A stretch of 64,000 nucleotides of DNA from Tubulanus polymorphus (taxonomy: Eukaryota > Animalia > Nemertea). Below, in pieces: positions 10,194 through 27,535 of the stretch (positions are counted from its first letter, which is position 1; every line of letters begins with the position of its first letter). The position numbers were made by a program, and so were the translations under genes. The stretch is from assembly GCF_964204645.1 (NCBI RefSeq), contig NC_134028.1, positions 3,658,001 to 3,722,000 of the forward strand. Reading direction: 5' to 3'. The notes beneath the pieces were generated by a model that did not search any database, was not told where the DNA came from, and was given only the letters and a program-made list of their open reading frames with translations.

Positions 10194-13100
10194 ATGGTTC
10201 AAATTGAGAAGCTCGTGTGCATTTTTATGTACCTTCAAATCTATCTGTTTTGTTCTGCAAATGGATATCTACCTGAAAATAACGATGGAAAAGATTATGT
10301 ATGTAGATTTATTTTTCTTTTAGTAACTTTTGATCTGGTGGCTGATTCGGGCCATACTAGAAATATTTTCTGTAAAGCTAGAGGCATAATGAAAGAATAA
10401 AAGGCATTTTACGATGGCCTTTTTGTTATTTCAAATTCTCGTGCGAAAAAAGGGCCAATGTAAAAATTGTTTATCATGCCTCTAGCCACACAGAAAATAT
10501 TTTAGTATGGCCCGAATCAGCCGCCATATTTCGATGCAGTTTCTTGGAAAAGTTTTACTAAGTACCATTTTTTTCATTCAGTTTTTTTGTTGAATATGAT
10601 GAATACATATTTTGATTTCATCGTGAAATTAGTTTCTACTTCTCTTTAATCATCGTCAGCAAATTACTGAAAATCGGCGTTTGAGCGAAAGTCAAATACA
10701 GCGACGTGAAGGTAATTAATGTAACTAGTTATTGATTTTGGTGTCAAAATAACGACTAGTATTTGGAGAGAAATTTTGAAAAAAAAACATCTTCGTAACA
10801 TAACTATTTTAGAGTCGACATATTTTTCACCCGATTGTTGTTTTGAACTAGAATTTATATTCATAAGGATTTTGAGTTGAGGTACAAATGGGAACAATAT
10901 TTAAATTCATTCGGCTCGTTTCTCATTTTGATAAGATTAAATCGGACGAGAAAATCTGATCGCAGTCGAAATGCGGAAATTGGATCAGTTTGAATGTGGT
11001 CGCTGGTTAGTTATATATTAATATAATTTTAGTTACTGAAGTGTGTTTAGACAAACACTTTCATTGTGAAAATTGGGCGAAAAATGGTGAATGCGAAAGA
11101 AAACGGAAATTTATGCGTTCCATGTGTAAAATATCTTGTAAAATATGTACAGCCGAACAAATTGCATTATGTAAGTATCTTTTAACACTACTTGATTGCT
11201 GACTATGATCCGATGATATCTTAAGAAAATTCGATATTTCTAGGGAATTCATTGGGTCCAGATGACAAGAAATGTGTGGATTACTACGACAAATGTCCGA
11301 ACCTGGCCCAAAAAAATAAATGCATTGAATATCCAGAATTCATGTGGAAGATTTGCAAGGAATCGTGTGGAGTCTGTGGAAAACCAGCAGTTCCGGTTGA
11401 TGCAACCTATGATAAACGTACGTAAAATGATAATCACAAACCTGTTATAAACTTTTCAATCAAAATGAATCAATCAAATTCACCAGACCTGTATGGTATA
11501 TTTCACGCTCAGATCGAACTGGTGAACCTACTGATGAATCTGAATGTCAAAAAATCACCGATGTACCACAAGAATACAGAAATTTATCATTCGCTGCAAT
11601 ACCGACATTTTATTCGAAGTTTTTACACGCGTACAATATACCTATCATTGGTAAGTTATGAAGTTGTTTATTTAGATTAAAATCATCGAATAGTTTGAAT
11701 AGACAATTTTAGATTATATATACATCAGGTGTTTGTATCGGACTCGTTTCTCTACAACTTCGCAGCTTCGCACAACGTAAGGGATTATAGTCTGAGAAGA
11801 GCTTGCTACTTGGCTCGTTATTTGCTCGCCGGACATAGTGGTATCCGCCGTAATTACTACAAAAATCACGGTCGTTTCGTTGTTTTGGGGATGGAAGAGA
11901 AGATTTATGATGTACCGGGGTTCGAATATGAAACTGAGGCCCGAAATAATAGATTGTCGTATGGCGGACAAGGCCCAACCCCACTAGAACCTTTAAGTAT
12001 AGTTTGGGAGAATACTGTAGCATGTATCAAACCAGACAGGTTAGTTTTATCAGTGTACGAGGTATCTAGGCTACTTTTCGATTTAAGTAATCTACCAACA
12101 TTGAATCGATAAATTTGAATATTCTATTAGAACTCGTGGAAATATTACAGTTATTGGAACCAAGATGTTGGAATCCATGAGTTCGCACATGGTGTACACG
12201 TACTCGGTCTGAGGGGATTCAAAGAATATCGATTAGAACAAGAATTGAGGGGACTTTTCGTGAAATTCAATCAGTCAGCTGAAAGGCGTCTATTGGGAAG
12301 CTACGCACTGACAAATACACACGAGTTTTTTGTAAGTTAATAACAATGATTACCGGGTTACATGTATAACTGCTATACAAAACATTAAATAACATCGTAG
12401 TTGAAACACCGAATTTGTTTTGATTTCTAGGCGACTGCAGTTCAGGTTTTTATCGGAGACTATACAACATTACCCGTTAAAAACCGAAAGTCATTGAAAG
12501 AACAAATACCTTCCGTATACAAGTTTCTGCAAAAGATTTTCCCTTGTGGCAACCGATTTATTAAAAGATGTCAGCTTCAGAAAGTACACGAGAAAAACAA
12601 CAAGTATGCGCGCTGGCCAAAATACAGAAACGTTTCTTTCCCTGAAATGGAATGTAAGGATAAAACGATGTGTATAAACTAACATAGAAAATAGGTTTTA
12701 CTTTAAGCTCTTCATCGATAAACTGTCGTCTCATTTCAGATCTGATGAAAACTCAAAAGTTTCTCCTCGGCTGCAGTGATGGATGTGCGTAAATCGTATC
12801 GTGATTACTTACAATGTTTGCTTAATAGTAATTGATTTCATATTTTTTTCATGTTCTTACATCTTCCAGTGAAATTTAACTGTGGAAGTAAAACTATTGG
12901 CCTGAAATATAAAGACAAATCTGACCCATGTTTATACTATCAATGTGATCAGAAAAATCAACCACAGCGTCTCATGTATGTCTGCGACAAACAGATCATG
13001 TACCGAACCAACAAAAATCGCAGCAGTACAATTCTCACTCACTACATGACGACCTGGTACGACCCATCAACGAGAAAATGTAACCGAGCCCAGAGTCCAT

Positions 13101-13237
13101 GCAGCCCGTTATCAGAGGCAAATACTGACAAGAATTCCATCATTGACGCTGGAGTTATTGAAGAAGTAGATTGGAGATACAAAGAGCCAGTTTACGTTAT
13201 TCCCAACCCGAATTCCGATGATGAAAATCAATTGTGA
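10194..13237 (+). CDS. ShKT-ShKT-zinc metalloprotease-chitin-binding-like protein, copy 2
   Basis: Tandem paralog of copy 1 with the same exon structure. HEFAHGVH is at ~12176 and YALTNTHEFF follows. The last exon is ORF 12851-13237. No frameshift seen. Confidence 0.86.
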
Positions 13238-13733
13238 TAGGGAAAAACCGAAAGAGCAGTAGCGGCGGAGCTATTAACATTTGATCTTATTGAATTATGA
13301 AATGAGCGAAAATTGAAATAATTTCCAGAATTTGTGATGTTAATTCATATCAATTATTTATGATCAATAAATTCAAAAAGGTTGACAATAACGTGTTTGA
13401 TTCGGTCGTTTTTTTCCACTAACGTCAAAGGAAAGAATCTTGTACTGTTATGATAAAAAGAGCATCTTTGATTTTTGGAACAACCTATATACAGCTCGCA
13501 TACCAACGACGTTGCCGCAGTTGCCGATCGTGTTATATCTTCTAAATCTTTTGTTATGATTGATTGAATCGTTTCTGTGCGACATATCAGTCTGCGTACG
13601 CCGGATTTCAAATACCCTACTCGCAGGTCGATTCGGTATGGTGATTGGTAGATGATGTTAAAATATTGAGTATTTTCTAACAACCAATCGCTTCTCTCAA
13701 CTCACGTGAGTCACATCAAGGTCGCTGTATACA

Positions 13734-14690
13734 ATGCAAAATACGAGTGCGGTCGTTGAATTTACTAAATGTGACAAATGGAAAAAGAAAGGGGTCAGAT
13801 GGGACTACCAGTACAGCGTATTGGCATACATCTATTTCATCGGACCGGCAACTATCTTCAGCATGATACCTAACTGCTTTACTCTCATAATTCTGAACAC
13901 GATGAAAAGTCGTTCTTATAGTTTAGTAAAAGCCATTGCTGTTAATGGTGTACTGTACTCGTTTCTTGTTTTTGTCGTGTACCCGCTAAGGATCACTCAT
14001 ATCTATCGGCTTCTTGGAGATATCATTTTTCGTGTAGATGACTGGAGATTTGGACGAGCATTTGTTATAGTTTCTAACGGAGGTTATCACATATTTCTTC
14101 TCACTCGTAACTGGTGTGTTTTCTTGTTGAGTTTAGAGCGGTGTGCAATTGTGTTCTTTCCTTTGAAATCTTGTATTTTTGGACGAAAAGTATCGTCAAT
14201 TTTCTCTTAGCGATCATACACCGCAGTTCACTAGCGATGTACCTCCCTCATCTCGTTCCCAGGTCACCATTCTTTTATGCAAAGCCGTGCGGCAAATCAG
14301 GACCGACCATAAGTATGCACAAAAAAGTGAAGCTTAGCATTTACCAGAATTATTTTCAGTACTTGTGAAATGGAACCAGGCAATCATGGCGTGGCCGGAA
14401 TTTATATTCGGGGTTTTAGTTCCTATGATATTCCTGTTTGTAACAAACACGGCCTTTTAATCGTTAATCTCTTCATCAAAAAGGAGTCACGTGATAAAAT
14501 TTTCACGCAAAAAACTGAAAAACAAACGGAATTGAGTACGAGAGAAAAAAGAGTGATGCGGATGGTATTAACAGTTGTGTCTGTTTACATTGCATGTGAG
14601 TCAGTGTTTCTTATCGACCGAATAATTAGTGGGGGCCACTTGGGCATCAAATATTCAATTGAAGTCGAACTTTTCAAATGATGGTCTATT
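13734..14690 (+). pseudogene. GPCR pseudogene 2 (frameshifted, lacks TM7)
   Basis: GPCR homology is split across ORFs 13734, 14114 and 14370. There is a 1-nt frameshift near 14176 and a stop at 14366-14368, and similarity is lost after ~14690. Confidence 0.85.
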
Positions 14691-15237
14691 TATTCAATAT
14701 CTTCTAAATTAGATGTTACCTTACTACAATACAATATAAACCGACGTCTATAATTTCAATAAAAAGTAAAAAAGTCAAATATGTTTTGAAAAGGACAAAT
14801 TTTAATTCGAATAGCACCGACTATTCAATATGGATATTAATATTGGTCTAGAAATTCGAGATTAGTTAAGTCATTTCAAAGGATTTTGGCGTTACTAGCC
14901 TCCTTTAAGTGCCAACCTACAAAATCCATATCTTACGTTCTAACGGCTTATCTCATTTTTCTTCCGCGGTGATGGTGGTTAATTCTATACAATTAGTATT
15001 ATTTACCAGTGAGAATTCAATTGTATTTTGCGCTTACGAAATTTCCGACAATTAGATAGTACATGGATATTGTATCATTCCTCCCATTGGGGATATGCCA
15101 AAAAGGCACTTATGAGTTGTAGTTATCTTGAAAGGGAAATCTCATTATTGCTGGGGAATTTCAGCAGATGCGACTAGCCACAATTTGTATTTAAATGCCA
15201 CCACGAATTGTGTGCGTCAATTGGTAACGAAACCATC

Positions 15238-16134
15238 ATGATGAAAATCGTTCTTTTGATCGTCGCGTCTGTAGCTGTTGCGAACGCTGGTAAGTGCTAA
15301 CATTCAGCTATTTGTAGCTACATGTGTATTTTGATATTACAAATTACGAATCTGGAGATTCTTCCTATCAATTACACAGGTAACTGTAAGCAAGTTCGAG
15401 ATGCTAAACTGGAAGAGCTGAAGAAAAAACCTCTGTTTGGCGCTTTTATTCCGCAATGCGACGCCGATGGAACGTACGCTCGTGTTCAATATATGGGTGC
15501 GACGTAAGTAGTGCTGCAGGGAAAGATTTCTATTTGAATTTTAAACATGAGATCAATGTATCAATGTTTGTATAACTGCTTTCTACCGGAATATATTCAT
15601 TTACAGCAGATTCTGTTTCTTACATGACACACCGTAAACAACAAAATGTAATCAATTGCAGTTTTGTCAGTTCTTTTTTGCAAATTTTTCAAGGACCTAT
15701 TGCGCAGCCAAGGATGGTCAAAGGATCGGCGACTATACGGCAAATCGAGCTAACCGTGATGTAGACTGCAGTAAGTTAAAGCTTTTCTGATCTTCCCTCG
15801 GCAGGAATTCGAACCTGATGGCACCTGGCAGATTTCTAAACCGAAGAATTGAATTCATTTGGAATCGAAGATTAGAGTTTGAGCCATCTTATTTTGATAG
15901 AATGTGATACATTCAACACTTATAAATGCATGATCTGTTTCAGATTGTGCAAGAGACCAATATGAATATAAACAACTCGGAATCGTAGGTAAATTGTTTT
16001 CCTGTGAACAGAGTGGAAACTACAAGTCAGTACAGTGTTCCGGTTCGGTGTGTTTCTGCGTCGACAACAAGGGTCTCCAACTAGCAGGAACTGATACAGT
16101 GAAAATTGGCGAAACTGATCGCCTGAATTGTTAA
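15238..16134 (+). CDS. Secreted two-domain thyroglobulin type-1 protein (thyropin; equistatin/U24-ctenitoxin-like), copy A, 4 exons
   Basis: Exon 1 MMKIVLLIVASVAVANA (signal peptide), exon 2 C...GAFIPQCDADGTYARVQY, exon 3 TYCAAKDG...VDC, exon 4 CARD...CEQSGNYKSVQCSGSVCFCVDNKG...LNC*. TATTTAAA at 15188 and AATAAA at 16145. Confidence 0.88.
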
Positions 16135-16785
16135 TTAGCTTGTTAATAAATCATGCAGGTTTCTTGCTGAGAAACATTTGTATCAAAATATCGCTTCATC
16201 AATTTTTTACTTCGGATACCAGAAGAACTTGATTTTTCCGCATCCGGATAATTGGTAGGAAACATTTCATCGATAACACTGTCGTCGATGGTGGTATTTC
16301 GTTTGTACTTCCTTTAGATTGGAAGACCGCACGAACTCTGAGACAGATCCTATAATCGTGTGCAATGTTCAGCCCTAACAAATCCGTTGACCAACACAGG
16401 TAGATCATCGACGAAAAATATGCGAATTCCCATTAGATTTCTTCGTTAATTTTCTTAGATGTTATGTAGTAGCCAAGTCTTGTCCGAGCCTTTCCTGATT
16501 CTTGCTATTTGTGAAGCGATGGTAAAAGTCCAAGCTACACCGAATATGTATGGATAAAGCTTCTCGAATATTGATGAGATCAATATCTGAACTATATTTC
16601 AGTATAAAAGAAAGACTTTGAGACTGCGCTAAAAAACGATCGAACCAAATTGTTAGATTTTTAGATTTATTTTTGATTGATAATTGATATCATTGGATGA
16701 TTAATCTATTATCATTTTAGAATATCGATTGCGAGTTTCCGCTCAATTCATTATTCGATTAGATCAAAGATTAAGAGGTTTTCTC

Positions 16786-19671
16786 CTATAACAATTGATT
16801 TTCATCATCAGAATTCGGGTCAGGAATGACGTAAACCGGCTCTTTGTATCTCCAATCCACCTCTTCAATAACTCCAGCGTCGATGATGGAATTCTCGTCA
16901 GTATTTCCTTCTGATAACGGGCTGCATGGACTCTGGGCTCGGTTACATTTTTTTGTTGCTGGATCGTACCAGGTCGTCATGTAGTGAGTGAGAATTGTAC
17001 TGCTGCGATTTTTGTTGGTTCGGTACATGATCCGTTTGTCGCAGACATGCATTCGGTGATAGGCCTGGTTTTGATCATCACATTCAAAGTATAAACACCT
17101 GTCAGATTTGTCTTTATATTTCTTACCGACGATTTTATCTTTGCATTTGAATTTCACTACAAATAATAAACGTTTATATTTGATCATTTCAACTCGGAGA
17201 AATATCATTGCATATCTGAATATGATCTGAATATGATTAATTTACGTACATCTCTCATTACAATCTAGAAGAAAGTTTTGATTTTTCATAAGATCTGAAA
17301 ATGAAAACACAGTTTAACAACGAACAGTTTGAAAGATTCTGTTTGCTGTGTTGTACAACGACAAAATCATTTATATGAGAATGACATGATATATTATATC
17401 ATATGAGTTTAACTTACATTCCATTTCAGGGAAAGAAACGTTTCTGTATTTTGGCCAGCGCGCATACTTGTTTTCTTTTTCGTGCACCTCCTGCAGTTGG
17501 CATCGTTTGATAAATCGGTTGCCGCAAGGGAAAATCTTTTGCAGGAATGCGTGTACTTTTGGTAAGTTTTTCTTCATTGACTGTCGAGTATGAACGGTAC
17601 GACGATCCGAAAAGTCTCCGATGAAAGCCTGAACTGCAGTCGCCTACAAATCAAAAGTATATTCAATGATTCTATGTTTTTTATCTTCACTTCTTCATTC
17701 TACGTTTTATCGATAAGTTCTTATTGATAAAATTGCAAAATGAATCATTAAACGTTTGATGTTTCTTTTTGATATTAACAAACTTACGAAAAATTCACGG
17801 TCATCTGTCCGTGCGTAAGTACCCATAGAAAACTTTTCGGCTGAATACTCGAATCCGGCAAAAAGTTGTTTCAATTCTTGTTCTAATAGATATTCCTTGA
17901 AACCCCTCATTCCGAGTACTTGTACACCATGTGCGAACTCATGGATTCCAATATCTTGATCCCAATAACTGCCAATGTAATATTTGAAATCTGTATCGAA
18001 GTCCTATTTCCGGCAAGAGAACAGCATTGGAAAGTACAATTGAACGACATACATGCACTGAGATTGATAACATAGTTATTGACTTACTTGTCTGGTTTGA
18101 TACATGCTACAGTGTTCTCCCAAACTATACTTATAGGTTTGTGTGGGGTTGGGCCTAGGCCACCATACGACAATCTACTGTTGTACGACTCAGATAAGCC
18201 TGTGTACCCCGGAACATGATAAATTTTCTCTACCATCCCCAACACAACGAAGCGACCGTGATTTTTGTAGTAATTACGGCGGATACCACTATGTCCGGCG
18301 AGCAAATAACGAGCCAAGTAGCAAGCTCTTCTCAGACTGTAATCCCTTACATTGTGCGAAGCTGCAAAATCCAACAAGCCATTTATGCAATTTATTGCTT
18401 TATAAGCTACTGTTAGTTTGAATTGAATAATCAAATTAATTCATATACTTCGTTCATATTTTTCAATTCAGAAATGTTTCACCCAAGGGTCGGAGATATG
18501 ATATACCTATAATAAAATGATTACTCTCAACTTACCAATGATAGGTATATTGTACGCGTGTAAAAACTTCGAATAAAATGTCGGTATTGCAGCGAATGAT
18601 AAATTTCTGTATTCTTGTGGTACATCGGTGATTTTTTGACATTCGGATTCACCAGTAGGTTCACCAGTTCGATCTTAAAATAGTTATACACCGCATTGAT
18701 AAGCTATTTCTAGTTAACCCCCATTTACCGTACTCTTGCGACATGTAACATGTTGACAAAGACGTTTGTTGGAAAATCTCTAATTCACTCTGTCGCTATC
18801 CTTACGTACATTCGTCGGCTTCAACCGGAACTGCTGGTTTTCCGCAGACTCCACACGACTCCTTGCAAACCTTCCACATGTATTCTGGGTGTACATTGCA
18901 GTAATTTTTCTTAGCAAAGCTCGCACATCCCGAATAATGATCAACGCATTCCTTGTGATCCGGGCCCCATGACTTCCCTGTTAGCAAAGAAGAGTTTACC
19001 AAAATCTATTGAGCTTGTTTGATTGAGATCGTGTTTAGATGTAATAATCGTAATCAATCATTTGGATCATGAATAGTAATGAACGCGTACATTTCTCAAT
19101 ATCCTCACTCGAGCAAACATTGCAGGATATTTTACATTTAGTGCGGATTTTGCGGATGTATTTTCTGTCACATTCGCCAACGCTTGCCCATTGTTCACAC
19201 TGGGGCTTGGTATCTATACACTGACCTTCACCTAGAAAATAATTACTCCTATGAGAACCAGGTATATTATGAATATCTTAATAAACGCTCTATATTTAGA
19301 AAATCATTGCCTGCCCGTCTTTGCCTCGAGTCGTTGGTTTCACCGACAGATATATGAATCACCTGAAGGAAAAAATTACCTTTCTTAGTTTTGGCTAAAT
19401 CTATACGCACCACAGTTTAAGTTCATGTCCAGCTGTTAACGCAATGTAGCTACATATATTTTGAATATAGCTACATATAATTTGAATATGCCTGGAAGCT
19501 TTCAAACATTGAAGCCTAAAGGTAGCTTGCTAAATCTAAGGACAGACTATACACACCATTCAACAAATCTAAAGTTTTGCTTACCTTTTCATCGTTAGAT
19601 TCGATTGGAAGATCACCATTCGAAAATATGAATAGATTGACAAAAATGAGCAAAACAGCTATTCCTACCAT
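16786..19671 (-). CDS. ShKT-ShKT-zinc metalloprotease-chitin-binding-like protein, copy 3 (most divergent)
   Basis: ATG at 19671 (MVGIAVLLIFVNLFIFSNG), exon 19311-19362 ending ...SRQRRA, ShK1 CIDTKPQCEQWASVGECDRKYIRKIRTKCKISCNVC, ShK2 in ORF 18802-19002, HEFAHGVQ...GTYARTDDREFF, last exon in ORF 16786-17208. Confidence 0.86.
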
Positions 19672-19734
19672 CTTGTAAAACTATTCAACTATACAATAAA
19701 ATGCATATTCTTCGTGCTACGAAGAGTTACAAAT

Positions 19735-20057
19735 CTAATGTGTTATTCAGCTCAAATAAGTGAATTTTCGGTCCAGCTGGTTGGTATAATCCGTTATTTC
19801 AACTTCAGATAATTCTAAAACAACGCTTTCCCGACCGAACTGAGTGTAATCCCCGTCTCTCAACTGGTGATAATGAGATCTAGAAACTGAATCTGTTGAA
19901 ATCTAATCTGTTTTTCAGCTCAAATAAGTGAATTTTCGGTCCAGCTGGTCGGTATAATCCGTTATTTCAACTTCAGATAATTCTAAAACGACGCTTTCCC
20001 GACCGAACTGAGTGTAATCCCCGTCTCTCAACTGGTGATAATGAGATCTAGAAACTG
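19735..20057. repeat. Two tandem ~168-bp repeats upstream of copy 3
   Basis: cagctcaaataagtgaattttcggtccagctgg...gagatctagaaactg occurs twice, near-identical, with period 168. Confidence 0.9.
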
Positions 20058-21240
20058 CCAATCATTCGAGTCAGCTCTAATTTCTGACAAATTGTTTTGT
20101 ACGTGTTTCCATGTGAAATGATACGATTTGAATAAATATAATCATCTGAAAATGTATGAAATATTTTATATGTAAATCGAATAATGATGAATGAAAGGAC
20201 AGAAAGATAACAATACATCAATATAATGATAATGGTAGAAAAACAAATATCGAATCATAATTGATGATGGCATTGAAATGATAATACAGTGATAAAACAA
20301 ACATTTATTAGCTACCTTTGCCTACTTTATGGAATTCCCTACGAGAGATATAAAAAGCAATCCGTTCGGCTTTATCGAAGATTCGAAATAACTTCGATGT
20401 AGGCGAAACTTCGATTCCTTTTTAAAATCCCGTTTCAAAGTTTCGTAATGCTTTAGCGAGATGGAATTGTTTTAGTCAAATTCTATGATGTTTTATATGA
20501 TTCCGAAGCGCAGTGAATATTTGTATTCTGTAAGAGAATAAAATGTCTCGTGAATATTGCTATTACTTCTGTTATTACTACAAACTATAAACGTTCGTAG
20601 TGAAAACAATCACGAGAAATGAAAAACAATCATGATAAATAGTGGTAATATGATACTTGCAGTGGATCCTACTACATGTATATCAGCGTTGTCAATATCA
20701 GTGATTGGATGGAAATTATGCATATAATTAAATTCTTACCACAGATAATATGTTAATCAAAATCCATAACTAAATCATGCTTGTGATGCGTTTGTCACAA
20801 ATCTTTTAAATGAAATCCGTGTTCAGGTGAAGTTTAAGTACACAATGTTGGGGATCGTAATGATACTTGAGAGTAAAACAAACATATGACGAATTTGGAA
20901 CTTTCGTCGTACAACACAGCCATAGTGATCCATTCGTCGTGTCATTCTTAGTGATTAAACCATTAATTAGAGGAATGTTGAAAATGTTGATCTCTGGATG
21001 TATTTTTTTTTATAGATATATCATCTCTGTTTACTGCGAATAGAAATACAAAATGGAGTCGGGGGTTTTCGATGTTATAGAAGAAGATTCTATAATTTTA
21101 AGATTTGTGAAAAATTCAATCCTGTGCTTAGGTCCAAGTCGTCACAATTTAATATAACAAAATATGAGATAAACATTTATTTATTCGTGTGTACATACTA
21201 TATCATCCTCTAAAGCATTGAAGGCGAGTTTCTGCACATT

Positions 21241-24274
<3,034 letters not shown>

Positions 24275-24806
24275 TCTGCTGCTACATAGAATTGTTATTG
24301 AAATGAGTCATTTTATGTATACTGTTCTATGATATTAGCAAACTCGAGAGCGATTGAAATTTACAGAACATTTTGGGAGAGCAGTGTAAATTGGCCCCAC
24401 CTGTTTTAAATCCTAGGTTTCGAATAAGTATCTCACTCATCAATAACTGCTTGAACGAAATTCTCAACAATAATCTAATAGAAAAGCGGATTTTGTTCAG
24501 TCTCCACCTGCGTTCAGTGGATGAAAATCTAAAACGAGTGTGTAAGCTGTTCGTGTGAAACGATGGAAGCTTTCATCACAAACATGTTCGATTCTATTCA
24601 TGCGCAGTAATAAACATAGAGTTCATTTGGATATTTCTTCGGATTTGGGGTGTGACCGACATTATTCGAGAATTTATTAACGATTTACAGAGGATATCGA
24701 TTTAATGCCTTTTTTGAAATGTTTGATATTGAGCGATTGGCGTTCCCCAAGGCTGCAGGCCACTTTATCCTTATAACACAGAAATGGCATCGATTGGTGT
24801 CCTCAA

Positions 24807-27199
24807 ATAAAGAAGTTTCCAGTTTCTAGGCGCCATTTTGTGGCGGTCCCGCGAGGTCCCCCCATTGTTGCGATGAGTTTAGATTGAATATCATATAGTT
24901 CTGCAGTCCCTTGCTCGACGAAATCAATTTACACTCCATTTTAAAGGAAATGAAATGCAGATATTTGATGGCGATTCTTGGAATTTTTGAACGCAACAAT
25001 TGAGAACAGTGAAGATGTGAAACCAAGGACCGCATATCTTAACCGTGCGTAAAAGAAATCGCAATATTTATTAATTTTAAAATATCTAAGTATCTCTTAA
25101 AGCTATATTTCCAATTTTCCCAGAGGTAAAAGAGGGTTATTTGCAGTTAAAGCCTGCGTTGAATTTTTTAAAATATCTTTCCTGACGACTGATCTGTACC
25201 CGCTTGAGTTTGAGATTACGCGCAAAAGGGGTCTCCCACTGCGCATTGCAATTTCACTGAACATTGAGATTTGCGACAAGAAATTTTTAAATGCAATTTG
25301 ATTTCTTCACATTTTCCATGGGGATATTTTGAGATGATAATCCATATCTTCTTTGTACCGTATTTTGGCGGGAGCAATTCGTTAATCTGGTTTCGGGATC
25401 CGGTTTGTCCCGCTATTGAAGTGTGAACGGCCCAGTTGAGGAATAAAGAAGTTTCCAGTTTCTAGGCGCCATTTTGTGGCGGTCCCGCAAGGTCCCCATT
25501 GTTGCGATAATTTGCGCTCATTTTTAAAACATAAGTTTAGATTGAATATCATATAGTTCTGCAGTCCCTTGCTCGACGAAATCAATTTACACACCATTTT
25601 AAAGGAAATGAAATGCAGATATTTGCTGGCGATTCTTGGAATTTTTGAACGCAACAATTGAGAACAGTGACGATGTGAAACCAAGGACCGCATATAAAGA
25701 CCGTGCGTAAAAGAAATCGCAATACTTATTAATTTTAAAATATCTAAGTATCTCTTAAAGCTATATTTCCAATTTTCACAGAGGTTAAAGAGGGTTATTT
25801 GCAGTTTAAGCCTGCGTTAAAATCTTTTGAATATCTTACCTGACGACTGATCTGTACCCGCTTGAGTTTGAGATTACGCGCAAAAGGGGTCTCCCACTGC
25901 GCATTGCAATTTCACTGAACATTGAGATTTGCGACAAGAACTTTTTAAATGCAATTTGATTTCTTCACATTTTCCATGGGGATATTTTGAGATGATAATC
26001 CATATCTTCTTTGTACCGTATTTTGGCGGGGGCAATTCGTTAATCTGGTTTCGGGATCCGGTTTGTCCCGCTATTGAAGTGTGAACGGCCCAGTTGAAGA
26101 ATTGTCGTATACAGCCCGTCCAGCCTAGCGCCGATTTTGTGTTCGGTGAAATCAAACGTTTTAGAGTCGATGGTGAAATGTGCCAGTCAATTTAAACGCT
26201 TAGGACATATTTAACACATATCTCTCTCTGGTAATCCCTAATTCTTCGATCATACGATGAATTTAATGAATCTCAACCTTCTTGCTGGGAAACATCGACC
26301 AGAAAACCTTACTGATATAAAATTGCAATATAATATTTAAAGGGGTTCATATCTGTCCCCCATTTGATATTCTGTTTTAGGGGGTCAACGTCCAGTTTGG
26401 CAACTTTCAGCTGCGCCCCATATTCAAAAATATATAAAAACTTAGATTTTTTTTCTAGTGTCCAACCATGAGTGGTACAATCGGTTGACACGCAAATTAG
26501 GTTCTCAACTAGGCCACATTTGCACCCAACACAGAAAGTCCCCACTCTTACAAGAAATCCTTTAATTTCCCAACGCTACAAAACTCGAATTCTTCAAAAC
26601 ACATAAAGTCCATTTTCAACCATACGAAAATAAAGGTTATATATAACCATCAGAAGCAATAGTGATAATTACAAACCAGTATAAAATCTTATTTTTGTGA
26701 TTTCTTTTCACAAATCTCAATGTTCAGTGAAATGGCGGTGCGCAGTGGGAGACCCCTTTTGCGCGTAATCTCAAACTCAAGCGGGTACAGATCAGTCGTC
26801 AGGAAAGATATTTTAAAAAATTCAACGCAGGCTTTAACTGCAAATAACCCTCTTTTACCTCTGTGAAAATTGGAAATATAGCTTTAAGAGATACTTAGAT
26901 ATTTTGAAACTAATAAATATTGCGATTTCTTTTACGCACGGTTAAGATATGCGGTCCTTGGTTTCACATCGTCACTGTTCTCAATTGTTGCGTTCAAAAA
27001 TTCCAAGAATCGCCATCAAATATCTGCATTTCATTTCCTTTCAAATGGTGTGTAAATTGATTTCGTCGAGCAAGGGACTGCAGAACTATATGATATTCAA
27101 TCTAAACTTATGTTTTAAAATTGAGCGCAAATTATCGCAACAATAGGGACCTCGAGGGACCGCCACAAAATGGCGCCTAGAAACCGGAAACTTCTTTAT
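24807..27199. mobile_element. Non-autonomous foldback DNA transposon with ~500-bp inverted arms; left arm tandemly duplicated
   Basis: ATAAAGAAGTTTCCAGTTTCTAGGCGCCATTTTGTGGCGGTCCC starts at 24807 and again at 25443. The reverse-complement arm spans ~26710-27199. TA lies at both termini. No transposase ORF. Confidence 0.85.
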
Positions 27200-27535
27200 C
27201 ATCAAGCTTTATTCTCCTTGCAGATGATATAATATTATATGTATATGTTTGCTTCGCATCGCAACGTTACACGCATGTTTGTTGAATTTGATACCACGTG
27301 ACTCGACGCGTTGATTCCTTCCTTTCGCAGTTTGCTTAATGGTTTGGATCTTTGAAATTGTATTCTGCGGATTTTCATTTATCAAATGGTCGGCACACCG
27401 AGTAATGCATTCAATTTGCTAGTGAGCGTGCTTAGAATAGCATTGTGATTGGTCGGTACCAGCCTATTCCAACCACACCGAGTAGATCTTTCAACTCAGA
27501 TCGTTCGCTTGCGTAGAAAACCGTGACCGAAAACA

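Larger units (their letters stand above)
2312..14265 (+). repeat. Tandem segmental duplication (unit 1 ~2312-8490; unit 2 from ~8491)
   Basis: Sequence at 8491 restarts the text of 2312 (gctaat.attttttt...ttttcgacgaagtcggtttataaattgtgg). Unit 2 lacks ~2430-3145 and carries extra sequence at ~9480-9729. Confidence 0.92.

Noticed and set aside
7716-13683. Minus-strand ORFs 7716-7937 and 13354-13683 upstream of the GPCR pseudogenes
   Set aside because: The similarity is explained by the recent segmental duplication. No domain or splice support.
24826-27146. Repeated ORF MRSLVSH.HCSQLLRSKIPRIA (three copies)
   Set aside because: It lies within the inverted arms of the non-coding foldback element. 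Lengths vary and there are no transposase motifs.
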